A stretch of DNA of 64,000 nt from Dimorphilus gyrociliatus (Eukaryota > Animalia > Annelida), in NCBI GenBank assembly GCA_904063045.1, contig CAJFCJ010000012.1, positions 2,413,180 through 2,477,179 of the forward strand, given 5' to 3'. Within the stretch, counting starts at the first letter, position 1; each line of letters starts with the position of its first letter. Shown one piece after another: positions 24,419-38,300 of the stretch. Under the pieces are notes generated by a model. The model saw only the letters and a program-made list of their open reading frames with translations. It was not told the DNA's origin and made no database searches. A program made the position numbers and the translations under genes.

Positions 24419-26389
24419 TTAATACATAACGGGCCAAATTGACGGCTGTTCGCAAACGTCCTTTCCTGTTCCACAAACAACGTTGTACGTAGTTTTCGCA
24501 TCAAAACCTAAAATTTGACGCTCTTCGTGTATTCGAAAAGAGAATGTAGATAAATTTGTGCCAATAAAGAATCTGTAAACATTTCGATATACAGTGTAAA
24601 TGTGTTCGAAAGAAAATCTATTAGGCAAACGCTTACCTGGCATGAACACATATTAGTTGATCAATAATTGCTATTCCTCCGTCCGTAAATTTTTCGAGCT
24701 CCTCTTGAGTTGGTATGTATCTATATACTTCAAAATCTGGAAGACTTTCAACGAGTTCTCTGTACTCATTGTCCGGAGCGTCAGTAGCTACAAACAATTT
24801 CATTAGATCTTTATCAACTAGAATTTTTCGAAGTTGATGAGCAGCCCATTGAATTGACGGAACATCATCTTTGTGACCGTATAAAAAATCCCTCCTCCTT
24901 AAGTGAACTGCAACGTACGGTCCTCCTATAGCTTCACCGGGTTTTTTCTGGAAAAATTCAAAAATTTATTTAAAGAAAACAGTTGCAATCCTCTACCAAC
25001 CACTTGTTTAGTCCAATCAGGATCTTGTATAGTTTTATCGCTGTCGTCTGTTGATTGTAGCTTTTCCTTCCTGAATGAGTTAGCTGTGTTGACTAGTTCC
25101 TTGGAAAATCTCATACTTCTTCTTGCCTTAATTGAAAAAGAGTGATAATATATATATATATATACAGTATAAATTTATGTATTTATATATATTAAAAAAT
25201 AATTACAGTCCACCATTCTCTACTCCATTCCGAAAATCGACCGTGAATTAATTCTTCAGCGTGAAGAAGGAAAATTGACCTATTTCGTGAACATGCATTA
25301 AAAATAGAAAATATAGCATTCCCATATAAAACAATATAATAATATCATGTGTCTTTGATGGTATTCACTAACTAATGATACAACTATATCTAATATTTAA
25401 ATGTCATCATTGTGTTTACTATTTTTACCGTCCAATAGAAATACTCTCCAAAGCCGAAATGAATTAAATGTTCGGCACGATCAATTAAAACAGATCTATT
25501 ATAATTATATAACAATAATAACATTAACAATAATAATAATGACCCTCTTTGATTGAAAATTATTAAAAAAAACTTGCAAATTACCTAGCTTTTTCATTTA
25601 AAAGAAACTTTTTCATAGTGGCTATTTCGGCTTGAACCGATAAACAATCAAATTTTTCACCGTATATTTTTTCAGAATAACCAAAAAAACTCCACTTCCA
25701 TTTACCGTCTATCTATTAGTAATAAACATACAAAATTATAGATAACTGTGCAAAACCGACAAAACTTTTATTAACCTTTTCAAAGCCTGTTGGATCTAAA
25801 CAATCTCTAACATCTATTTTTTCTTCCCAACGACCTCCCGACCAACCTTCCTTATATCGTTGCAAATAATATATTTGTTCAATTTTAGGCTTAGAATCTT
25901 CTATAAAAACAAACAGAATAGATGAATGTTAATCGCTGAAAACAATTTTAGCATATAAAGACTTTTAATATAATCTTCAAATTCCATAACGGGAATATGT
26001 TTACTTAAACTTTGCACATCAAAGAAAGTTTTCCAAGGAATTCTACTACTTTTAATGCCAGAAGTTTGCCAATGATATAGACGACCCCAAGGTGGAAGAA
26101 CTAACACCCACTTTTCTTTCTCATTTAAAAATTTTATCATATTTGCCATTCTTATATAAACATCTCGCCTTAAATTAAATCCTTCCCCAGGATTAATATC
26201 GTACAGTAAGTATCTGCAAGTTATTGATTGTATAAATAATTCAAGAAACTTGTTGATGTTCGAAAAAAAGAATATCAACAAAATTTAACGAAAAATAACG
26301 TTTTCTTACCTTGTATCACTTTCTTCATTAGCATTTAAAAGAGATATGGAATTAAATATTAATATAAAAATGGAGAGACTTAGGATCAT
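24419..26389 (-). CDS. POFUT2: GDP-fucose protein O-fucosyltransferase 2
   Basis: Signal-peptide exon [27 protein letters not shown], then [24 protein letters not shown]...[13 protein letters not shown]...IPWKTFFD. C-terminus [22 protein letters not shown]...TTYN..CG....CEQPSIW..Y. Confidence 0.96.
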
Positions 26390-26593
26390 ATTTAAAAGAG
26401 ATAGATAGCTATGGTTTATTAAATATATATATGAATATAGAGCGAAGATGACGGTCTACCAGTTTATTCTGAATATTTTGTTTTTTTCAATATCTACCAG
26501 TTTTTAAGTAGTTCAGGTGACTAATTTACAGGTAAAGTAACCTGTGGATAAGACTTGTTTTTAATTTGAAGATAATCAAAGTGATACTTAGTT

Positions 26594-27482
26594 ATGAAGA
26601 TCTTGGGACAAATTTTATTAGTTTTATCCATGGTTGCTATAGGTAAGGAGCTACAAATATATATTTATTTGTTTCAAAATATCAATAGAATCGTCTGTTT
26701 ATTTTATACAATCTCTTTTCTATCTTCGAATAGGTTACTCTTTGGAGTGCTATAGATGCCGGGAACAGAGGGATAATTCTGATTGCACACTCGAGAGACA
26801 CCAATGCGCCGAATATCAAGATGCTTGTACAAGCTACGTGAGATGGGGAGGTAAGACGATAATGCAAGAAATATAATACTGTATACTAACACAGATATAC
26901 AGTATATATATACTGTATATAATTGATATAAAATTGGATAAAACTGTTTCATAGCTTTTACTAAAAAATAATATTTTAACTATAGTTCCATCAAAATGGA
27001 CACCTAGAGGAGATCGAGTTCATTCTATATCAAAAGATTGCGACACTATGCAAGGTTGCAATAGACGTCAGGCTGCCCTGCAGGTAAACAACAAGCGAAA
27101 AGTTTAAAAAATCTACCAGCATTAATCCAATATGTTGTGTTGCAGATGCACTGCAGAAGGGACTGGTTTCACGATTGGGCCTGCGTTGAATGTTGCAGAG
27201 GAGATTTATGCAATCATTATATAACTGTAAGTTGTCTTAGCGAATAACCAAATGTCTTTTTCATCAAATTAAACAAACAAACAGAGATGCGACTCTTTGA
27301 CCGGAAATTGTAACTATGTAATGAGATTTCACGTAAGTTTCTATCTTCATTTCTAGAGAACGATAAATAATAATCAAATCTTTCTATCTTTACAACAGTC
27401 GGCTGCTAACAACGTCAAAGGAGAAAGTGGATTATACCTGTTGCTTACCACATTTGGTTTTATTTCGTTATTCCATATATGA
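26594..27482 (+). CDS. bou: GPI-anchored Ly6/uPAR three-finger protein, boudin-like; exons 26594-26642, 26734-26850, 26986-27083, 27146-27226, (27285-27332), 27399-27482
   Basis: Signal peptide, LECYRC...C...C..YVRWG...SISKDC....C...MHCRRDWFHDWACVECCRGDLCNHYIT and a hydrophobic C-terminal GPI-type tail. The RWG, W..DWAC.ECC.GD.CN pattern is as I recall for Drosophila Boudin. Confidence 0.8.
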
Positions 27483-27655
27483 AACTGTTATAGTTGTTTT
27501 CTTCTCTTTTTTTGTACTTACCTTTAAATGTTTTTAGAGAATTTAACCGATGATTTTATATTATTTTTATTAATACGTAAATTGTTGAAAAAAGGTGAAA
27601 AATTAAACAACGGATTTTGTTTTGTAAAGTGGAATTGTATTAATTTAAATTCACT

Positions 27656-28862
27656 TTAGAAATATTTTCTGAATTTTGCAGTAGTGTGAGGATAAACGAT
27701 ATCATCCAATGTTAGGGTGTAGCAATTCTGCGTTCCCATACTAGCTTTCTTGAAAGCTTTTACCACACGGCCATTGACTTTGACACTTGCGGCGTTGATA
27801 TCATCTTGGACTGGCTTCATAAATTCATACTTGTTGTTTGCAGTAAAGCCGAACAAACCACCATGATGTTGATCCAACAATTGACCTGGTTGAGATGTTT
27901 CCGACACTAGCACGTTCAAGTAACTTTTGCCATATTCCTGGACAGTTCGCTGAACTTGAATGGCAATTTTTCTGGATGATCCATGAACATGCACAGTTAA
28001 GGTCTTGTCGAGTTCCATAAGAAGAGAAGGATCGCTTCCAAGTGTTACTCGTTGTACATCTTTCCAGCTTCTCTTGAAGTGACCAAGGCAGGAAATTTCT
28101 TCGGAGGTGGCATAAATAACACCCAAAGGAGTATGAATACGAATTGCTCCAATATAGAAATCATCTCTCAGTTTGCACATAACACTTACATCTAGCTTTT
28201 CATCGGTAATCAGTTCAAATACATCTCCAGCTTTTCCAAATAAGTCGTAGCAAATGTTCTCCTGAGTTTCTAGTCCATTTTCATTCAATCCAGAAACTCT
28301 TTGAATAATATGAGGATCATCGCACATTTTTGCTAAATCTTTAACTTGAGAAATATGATCGCATGGATCAACAGTAATCTGATCTTCATTGTTATTTACT
28401 ATTCTTACGCAAGCAGCATGGAAATATATATTTTCACGACAGTCAGGGCGATCCGAAATATTATCTTGTATATAGTTAATCGTAAAAGTGACAACAGGAG
28501 AACCTGGTGTCAACGTAACCGTCCAAGGAAAATTTTCGCTTAGAGAAAAGTCTGGATTAGGCGAGCCTGGCTTTTCAGCTGGTTCTATAGTACTGACGAC
28601 TTCATTAGGATCTCGGCAAGTCAGGATACATTGTACTTGATTACCATAATGTGTATCCCAGGCTCCTATAAGTCCGAATTTCACATCTTGGGAAGTTCCT
28701 TCGAAGCCCATACTCATTTCCTCATGAAAACCAACTGAAAGACAAGATTATATTGATACTTCAATCTTTAGGAACAGATTATTCTCTATGATACTTACTT
28801 TTGCCATAGCACACATGTAAAGAAATGAACACGCAAAGAGCAATTGATTGAAACCACTTCAT
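27656..28862 (-). CDS. Secreted protein of about 380 aa: novel or CUB-like N-terminal part plus an inter-alpha-trypsin inhibitor heavy chain C-terminal-like domain; exons 28862-28799 and 28734-27656
   Basis: Signal peptide MKWFQSIALCVFISLHVCYG joins ORF 27656..28717 through a phase-1 intron. DPHIIQ.V...NICYDL.G..G....LITD and YLNVLV...HHGGLFG resemble the ITI_HC_C pattern. No VIT or vWA domain. Confidence 0.7.
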
Positions 28863-30476
28863 ATCTTCAGTGTCCTTTAACGTTTCAGCTAAACTGACGA
28901 TGAGCATATGACAAATTTTCTTTTTATATTGTAAATAAGCATCTCCAAATTAGTTCAAATGTGATTAGTAGTACTCAATTACTTGCATCTCAAACTGAAA
29001 AATTTTCACAAGTTTTCAAGTAATATACCAACCTAGTTAGGGGGTTTTCTTGAATAAAATTCCTTTTTAACAAAGCAAGTTGATGATAAATTTACTAGCA
29101 ATTGGTGAAAAACTAAAAAGATTTATTGATATATAGTTTATAAACAAAATAGAAGCGAAAATAGAGTTGAATAAGAGAATACTTTTCTTGGCCCCCCTTT
29201 CTTTAATTAATAGGATTACTGTTAACTTGTTTTTTGGATGTTTTTGGAAGAGGAAAAAAAAAGTCGTCTTGTTTTTTAATTCTGTCTATTTTTGGTGTAA
29301 TAAGTAGAGCATGGAAATAAAAGGGTCATTATGTGCGTCTAAATATATATACACAGTATATAAATACGTATTAGTAATATCTTATCTCTTCAATTATGTA
29401 TTCATTATTAAGGAATATAAAGGGAAAACTGTGAATTTAACGGAAAAACGAATACTTTAAATTCAATAAAGTTATATAAAATTCTGTTTACGAGGTTTAT
29501 TGACCCAGAAAGGTGACGAGTTGTCAAATTAAAAAAATGAAGTGAAAAGGGAGACGTAGACGGCTTTCTTTTTTTTAACTCTCTGATTGAGATTAACTGA
29601 TACGAAGATAATTAATGATATAGAAAAAGAGAAGAAAGACATATAGAAAAGAAAGTAGAGAAAGAGAAAATAAGATAGAAAAACGCTAGAAATCTTGATT
29701 TTTTTTCTAATGACAAGACATTAATAACTAATTAAATAGTTATTTACAATAGTGAAGAAAGAAGCTTTCGTTTAATAAAAGCATAATTGATATAATATAG
29801 AAATATATTTATATTATTCCATTTTGTTTATGTGTTTATTACGAATTTCTTACTTTGTATAGTATTTAATCAAAATTTCATTCGTTAAGATATTTGTTGA
29901 CCTTTCACTCTTTAAATGAGAGAGAAAGCATACGAATCAATGGAAAGTGTCATTGTTGCTATAATCTAGGTTTTTATTAATCTGTTGTACATATTTATAT
30001 GAATTTTGGAATAAATATTTAACGGTTATTTTAATGCTCAATTAATTCCTTTGAAGGAGAGGAGAAAATGGAGGATTTGCATAAAATACTAGAAGAAGAA
30101 GAAAGTTTGAAATTCCCTCATTTGTAATATATCAAAATCAATAAATCAATAAGAGAAAATTGGAAATTGCAGAAATCTCGGCGATTTTAATACAAAAAAT
30201 GTACGATTACGATATTTAGTTGTTTTGAGGAAATTATTAATAACGAAAAGAAAGAGATTTGTCGTTTATCTTATTAAATAAGTAACTAATAACGAAAGTG
30301 TCTACAAAGCTTTGATAGAAGCATTGAAATCGCTTTTAATAAACAAGTGAAAAGAAAGAAGGGAAGAGTGAAGAGGTTTGTTCTTTTTCATTTAAATTCA
30401 ATTACGCTGTTCTTTCTAAAACACTTAGCCTTTTCCCTCTATCGTCTATATAGTATAATTTATACTAAAAGAGAAG

Positions 30477-31734
30477 ATGGACACAGTTAGTTCAAAGACT
30501 AAATTCTTGTATAAGTCACAGCATAACGACGATGACTTTATGGACAAAGTTAATCATAGATATACAATCGCTATTCTCCTTTTCTTTATAATTATTCTTG
30601 GCGCTAAACAACACGTTGGCGATCCAATTGATTGTTGGTGTCCAGCTCATTACACAAGCAACCATATTAAATATGCCAATTCGGTTTGTTGGGTAGAGAA
30701 TACTTATTACGTTCCAATAACTACAAAACGTATACCGGATAAGAAAAAGATAATTGTCTATTATCAGTGGGTTCCTATAATACTATTACTTTCGGGGATG
30801 CTCTTTTACTTTCCAAGATTTATATGGAAGATAATGAACATAAGGGAAGGAGTTGAAATCAATGATTTCGTCGAAACTGCTTGTGCATTGTATTCGGCTA
30901 AAAATAAGATAGATAGAAAATCAACTATAAATTCTTTAGTATTTATTATACACAAATATCTATTGTTCTCTAGAAGTAAGAAAGAATATCATAAAAGTAT
31001 TAAAAGAATCTTTTACGGCGATACCTTATACATTCTATTTATTGCAACAAAGTTATTATACATTATCAATTCTGTTGGACAATTGTTTCTAATTAATTCG
31101 CTGTTGGGAGGAGATAAATATCTCTTTGGTTTTAAATTAATTCAAAGTCTCCTTACTACTGATGAATTTCAAATATCATCAATGTTTCCTAGAGTAACTA
31201 TATGCGATTTCAATATCAGAGTTGTTAATAATATTCAACGTCATACTCTTCAATGTGTTATTCCTATCAATTTATTTAATGAGAAGATCTTTGTTATACT
31301 TTGGATGTGGATAGCTCTCCTTGCATTTTTTAACGTTTATACTCTCCTCTATTGGCTGTACGATAGCCTTTCTTACCAATCGAGAAAATCTTACATTCTA
31401 GTAAGTTCTCTTACATATGTACTTTACTGTTTATAGTTATACTTAGCCTTTTCCTCCTCCGAAGGGACGATTAAGCCTCCAAGATCGTATATGGAAAATG
31501 ACAAATATCAATCGTCAAAGCAACATAAATCCTTCGGAAGAGGATAGTCAAATATCACATTTTACCAAGGCATACTTACAGAAGGATGGTATACTAATAA
31601 TGAAATTATTAGAGATAAACGCCAGCAAGCTCGTCGTTATTCGCTTAATAGCAGCCTTATACCTTTATTGGAAAAAATCTCTAACAATGAAAGAAAACCG
31701 GCGAGATATCTTCTCTTTCCTAGAGCAATCCTAA
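30477..31734 (+). CDS. inx: Innexin (gap junction protein), about 397 aa; exons 30477-31400 and 31465-31734
   Basis: DDFMDKVNHRYT, GDPIDCWCPAHYT...YANSVCWVENTYY, YYQWVP, FPRVTICDF, HTLQCVIPINLFNEKIFVILWMW and YLQKDG: canonical innexin motifs. Confidence 0.97.
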
Positions 31735-32307
31735 GAGAAGATTAACAATTAACAAAAAGAGATTGGATTTTTTTTTTAATATTTTCATCAAATATATTTT
31801 TTCAAGGCATTTTTTTTTCAATTTCCCTTTTTTCTCTTTTCTTCTAAAATTTAGAATTAAAGAAAACAAAGGAAAAATGTTTTTTTCAACATCTTAATAA
31901 GAATAATAAAAACAAACAATTTTTAGAAAATCAACTTTTCAAAACTTCATTAATTATTTGTTTAAAAGATAAAAAGAAAATTACTTCTTGAAGAGGAAGA
32001 TAATAATCAATTACCTTTCAATAGAAATCATATCAGTTCTGATAAAAGTATCATATAAATAAAGCAACAGTTTTCACAACAAAGAACAATGAAAAACTAC
32101 AAGTCTTCCACTGTCTTTCATTCTATTGCCCTAATTAAGTCTTCAGCATGAATTGATGCATCTTCAGACCCTACTTTTCATACTTTTTCTTTTACATTCT
32201 TTCAAATATGAAAAGTGGATAGAGAAATATTACAAGATCATTAAAAAACACAAAATTACATAACATTACATAAATTTTTTCGTTATCTGAATTGTTCATA
32301 GGGTATC

Positions 32308-35300
32308 TTAGGCCATCATTGCAGCAAAGATAGCTGCTAGAATTAGCGAGATGTTAATAAATATAGCTGCAGCTCCCGCATCACCGTCGTTGAAGAAGAT
32401 GTTACATTTATCTCCTACGCAGCATTTTTCACATGCTGTTGTACCATCAGATGTTTTCTTACAGTGTTCCTCCTTTGTTGAACTAGTACATGTTACATTT
32501 CTACATTCTCTTGTAAATGTTGTTACGCCTCCCTTTTCTAATCTAGCAACCCAGCAGGCGCCACCATTACCGCATTCTTTCAATTTGATGGTGTCAGTTT
32601 CATTGACAAAGTTGGATTGTTCCTTTCCGCAGTTTGCTTCATTTCCAGAACAAGTAAGACATTGGACTGTTCAAAGTTCATAGGAAAAAATAGGTTTTAT
32701 GAGTAATGAAACAAATGATTATGTATATATATATATACTTACTTGCACATTGTCTGTCATTATCGTGAAGATGATACGCGCTTGAGCATTTATCACATTT
32801 AAAGCCATGAACACAAACTCCACAATTTGTTACTTGATTGGAACTGCACGAAATACATTCAGTTTTATCATCAGATAAAGTGTAGCCGGATTGACATTTG
32901 AAGCAACTTGCTTTTCCAGTAGTGTCCGCTTGTGGAGAACAATCCATGCAATTAGCGAAAGCAGATGTTGAACAGTCTGAAAGAAAATATATTTATTTTA
33001 GCCCAAAGCCTATTAACTATAAACATTAACTATAAACATAGATGAAAATACAATCACTTTACCTTCGCAAACTCCAGCTTTCAATGTAAATCCTTTTCTA
33101 CATTTAGTACATACTGATTTATCTGATGCGGAGGCGGTACAAACGTCACAATTGGCGGGACATGAAGCGCATTGTTTGAATGAACTTCCGTATAGAGCAT
33201 AGTATTGTTTGCATTGCGAACAGGATACGGAACCACTGTCAACTGTACATGTTGGACAATTCTTTGGACATTCGCTACATTGTTCTGAGCTCTTTCTGTA
33301 TCCTTGCATACAATTTGAGCATACAAGAACCCCTTTATCGTCTACATCTTTACATTCTGAGCATTGATTTGGACAAGAGTAACATTTTCTATCGGATGTT
33401 TTTCTGCCATAATTACTATCACAACTGTTAACGTCACATCCAATGACGTCATTTTCGTACGAACATTTGTTACAGTTATCAGGACAAGCTGAAATATTCA
33501 TTGAAAAATTATATTCAGTAATAATTCATTCTGTTTTTTTTTCTTCAAATTTTTACCTTCACATTTTGCAGTATTAGAATTCAAAACAAATCTTCCTTTA
33601 CATTTTGTACAAAGTGTACCAGTTTTATCATCGTTCAATTTACAAGTTTCGCAATTTCCTTCGCAAGCTGTAAACATCATTTTTCATAATTATAAAAAAT
33701 ATACTGTTACTTATGGATTATTTGACTTACGTAGACATTTTCCATCAGCAGTTGATGATGCGTAACCAGCAATACATGTTGCGCATGTTGTTACTCCTTT
33801 AGAATCAATGTTACAAGATGAACAAGGACTGTTACACGAAACACATTTGTTTCCAGATGTAAACAGTTTGTGTGTGCTCTTACATTCCTTACATTTTGTT
33901 TCTTTTGCAACATCATCCCAATCGCAATTTACGCAATTACTCGGGCAAGATATACAATTCCTACTACTGTCGAAAGTGAAACCAGAAGCACATTTAGAAC
34001 ATCCTTGACTTCCGTCATTTTTCAAATAACATCTCATACAAGAATCATCGCATTTTACACATGTTCCATCGTCAGATTTTGTGATATATCCATCAATGCA
34101 ACCAGTTGGAAGGCAATATGTTTGTTCGTTTTTGAAATAACACTTGGCACAGTTTGATGGACACTCATTACAATCAAAATCTGACCAATCAAGAGCATAT
34201 CCTGATGTGCATTCTACACATTTCTTTACTGCTGCATTATCTTGAACACATTTATCACAATTACCTGGGCATTCTATACATTCGTAACTACTGTCAGTTA
34301 AACCATAGCTACTGGCGCAATGGAATTGTAAGCATAGAGTTTCTGTATCACTTTTAGCTCGGCATTTTCCACAATTATCAGGGCATTTTAGGCAATTCTT
34401 TTTGGTGGTAAGTTGAAGAACATGAGTGTTTTCATCACATTTTGTGCATTTGTCTACAACGTCGCCTTCTTTAATTGTACAAGAAAGACATCCATCTCCG
34501 CAAGAAACGCATGTTTTTTTATCAACACTTGGAGCGTATCCCGACTTGCAAACTTGACATTCGTTTGGTGTAATGTCGTCGGGTTTTAGTGAACAAGTGT
34601 TACAGTTGTCCATGCATCCAACACATGCTGTTCTTGCACTGTTCGTCGAAAATCCACTCTCACATTTAGAACACTCCTTTACTTTTGATACTCCTCCTCG
34701 ATCAACAAAGGAACAAGTTTCACAAAAATCGTAACAACCATCACAATCCTTTTTATGTTCTTTAAAGATTTTACCAGTTGTACATGAGGTACATTCGACA
34801 AGAGTTGCACCACTATATTTGCAAGTTGGACATGCATCAGGACATTTTCTACATTGCTTAGCAGCTGTATCCAAATTATAGTTCGATGCACAATCAGAAC
34901 ATTCCGTGGTGGTGAAGGTTTTGTCAACGGAACAAGTTTTACAATTATTTTCACATTCTGTGCATGTTGTTTTATCATCAGATATTAAATATCCATCGTT
35001 GCATGTATCACATTTGGAACTATCTGATGGACAGGTTGCGCAGTTGGCCACTTGGCATGTTTGACAAGTAGTTTTTGCAGTATCAGGGAATTTAGTAGGA
35101 TCTGTACATTCTTCACACTGGGCTTTATTGGCATCACACTTTTTGCAACCACCAACGGTACATTCCTCACATGTTTTAGTGGCGGATACAAATCTATATC
35201 CATCAGCACAACCAGTTGATTTACATGCTGCCTTGTCGTTTAGTTCGCAATCATCGCAATTAGTAGCTGTACAAGCTACGCATACACTTGCTGCACCCGC

Positions 35301-38300
35301 ATCAATAGCTTTTCCTTTGACGCAATCTGTGCATACGTCTGGTGTACCAAAGTCACAGAGTTTACAATTGCTGCCAACAGTACATGGTACACAAGTTTGA
35401 TCAAGAGCTTTATATCCATGTCCTGTAGGACAACCAGTTGGCTTACACTTTGCCTTGTCATTTGGTTCGCAGTCGTCGCAAGGGGCTGTGCAAGCTGCGC
35501 ATACACTTGCTGCACCCGCATCAATAGCTTTTCCTTTGTCGCAATCTGTGCATACGGCTGGTGTACCAAAGTCACAGAGTTTACAATTGCTGCCAACAGT
35601 ACATGGTACACAAGTTTGATCAAGAGCTTTATATCCATGTCCTGTAGGACAACCAGTTGGCTTACACTTTGCCTTGTCATTTGGTTCGCAGTCGTCGCAA
35701 GGGGCTGTGCAAACTGAGCATACGCTTGATGCACCCGCATCAATGGCTCTTCCTTTAGCGCAAGATGTGCATACGGCTGGTGTTGCTTTATCACAGGTTG
35801 CACAGTTACTGCCTACTGTACATTGATAACAGGTCGCATCAGCCGAATTAAACAGATATCCGGAAGAACATCCAGTTGATGTACATTTTGTCTTGTCAGT
35901 TGGTTCACAAACATCACAATTTGTTGCTACGCAGGGTTCACAAGTACCCAAGTCTGTTACTGTATATGTAGCTGCACACACACTACATTGATTAGGATCC
36001 TTTTCTTTATAAAGACACTTTGTGCAAGGTGAAGGACAGCTTACACATTTGTTCTTCCTAGTATTTACAACATAGTTGTCATTACATACACTGCACGTTC
36101 CATCAGAATTACAAGTGGCGCAATTAGCAGGACATTTGTTACATTTGAGACCATCGCTTTGAACTTCGTATCCCGTATTGCATTTCGTACATTTTCCAAG
36201 TCCTGATAGATCAGTCTTCAAACTGCATTCAATACAGTTGCTATCAATACCACTACATGCTAAACATTCAGAGTTATCTTTATTCAAGATATATTTGTCG
36301 TCGCATTTCAAGCAACCATTTGCCCAAATTCCATCTCCAGCTTCATTCGGAACACACTTGATACAATTTGAAATAGTATCGGCACAAGCTTTACACGTTT
36401 GTAAATCGTGTTCCAAAGTTCTGCCACTTGAACATTTCTCTTCATAGCATTTTCCATTTCCATCACATTTGTCACAATTTCCGGTACAAGCGGTACAACT
36501 ATCACCATTTTTACCATATTTATTCATGCAGACGATACATTTTGGACTGCCATCAACAATTTTACAATGAGCACAACCTTCTCCGCAGGCTGTAAAACAA
36601 TATATTTCAATTAGGGTTTTCCTTGTTTTTTCTCTTTATTTGCTTTACAAATTGAAAATATGAAGACAAAGAAGACTTACATGAACATTGTCCACTTTCA
36701 TCAACAAAACCATAGTTAACTTCGCATTCGGAAGCAAAGCATCGAGAGACGCCACTGACATCTTTACACAGTTTGCAGTTTGATGGACAACCTTTAGTTG
36801 AAAAATAACAATAATGAGAATATGTCGAATAGAAGGCATTTGAAGCTTTTATATATTGACTAATTAATTGTTATCGCTTCATATTTATCATTTTATCGGA
36901 GATATATTTGCATGAAAATTGAACTAACCTAAACAAGTTTTATCAGAATCTTTGATGACGTATTTAGCCTCGCAGTTCGTACATTCGGCTCTGTTGTTCT
37001 TCCATTGACACGAGTTACAGTTGGATGGACATGCTTGACATTTTCCGTCACTGTCTTTTATATACTTGGCTTTACACAGCGTACACAATGTCGATTTACC
37101 AGATAGAACGCAAGTGAGACAGTTGGATGGACATTGTGTGCATGTTGTTGAGTCGGCAGAAAGTTGATAATACGATTGGCATTCAGTGCATGTTGTTCCA
37201 TCTGGATTGTTGGAATCTTCCGTACATTTATTACAGAATTCTTTGCAGGCCATACAAGTTTTGTCAGCAGATCTAACAGTATAACCAACAACACATTCCG
37301 AACATTTGGCAACCCCATTATCATTAGTGCATGTAGCGCAATTGGAAGGGCAGGATAAACATGTTCCATCACTATTTTCTACATAACGATCTCTACATTT
37401 CGAGCAAAACGTTTTCTTCGTATCTGATTTGAAAGTACATTCGAGACAAGCCGAAGGACACGAATCGCATTTCTTTGTTTCGGTGTTAAGAGCAGTTCCT
37501 TTATCACAAGACGAACAAACGAGATTATCGTTAGAATCGGCACTACAAACAGCACAATTGGAACTGCATGAAGAGCATGATTTATCAGACTTGAGACCGT
37601 ATCTTTTGAAGCACTGTGAACAGACTGTAGCTGCACCACTGACTGAACAAGTTTGGCAGAAACTGGGACATTCTGAAAATGAAAAAATTTTATAATATGA
37701 AGAACAGAAGAAGAATACAAATGTGAAGAAAAACATACTCATGCATTTTTTGTCATCTGTCAAAGGAGCACTAAAATCGTAGCAGTCGTAACATACTGGT
37801 TTACTATTTGTAACGTTACAAAATCTGCACGTACTGTCATCCGAGCAAGCTGTATTGACAAAAAATTGGTATATAAGCTTCAATAAATATTAAACGGCGA
37901 AGAAGAAAGATAGATAGATAGATTGATAATACAAATAATCATTTACCAATGCATTTTTGTGTTGCGGGATCTACACCATAACCATGTACGCATTGAAGGC
38001 ATTTTGTGTTGTCACCAGTTCCAGTTAATTCGCATTTCATACATTTGTCTGAGCAGTCTGATATTTAAATAAGCAGTTAATGAAAATAATGATGATGAAG
38101 GAGATAATGATAAAACTCTTTTTTTTTATTGATTTGAATAATGAAAACTTACCGATACACTTTTTCTGATCAGTGGATATAACTTGATTTGTGGCGCACT
38201 TCGCACATCTCAGGTCTCTTTTTGCACAAGATTCACAATTTGATACACCGTCACAGCCAGAGGTAGTTGCCGATTGCACGTATGCAACGGCAAGCAGGAA

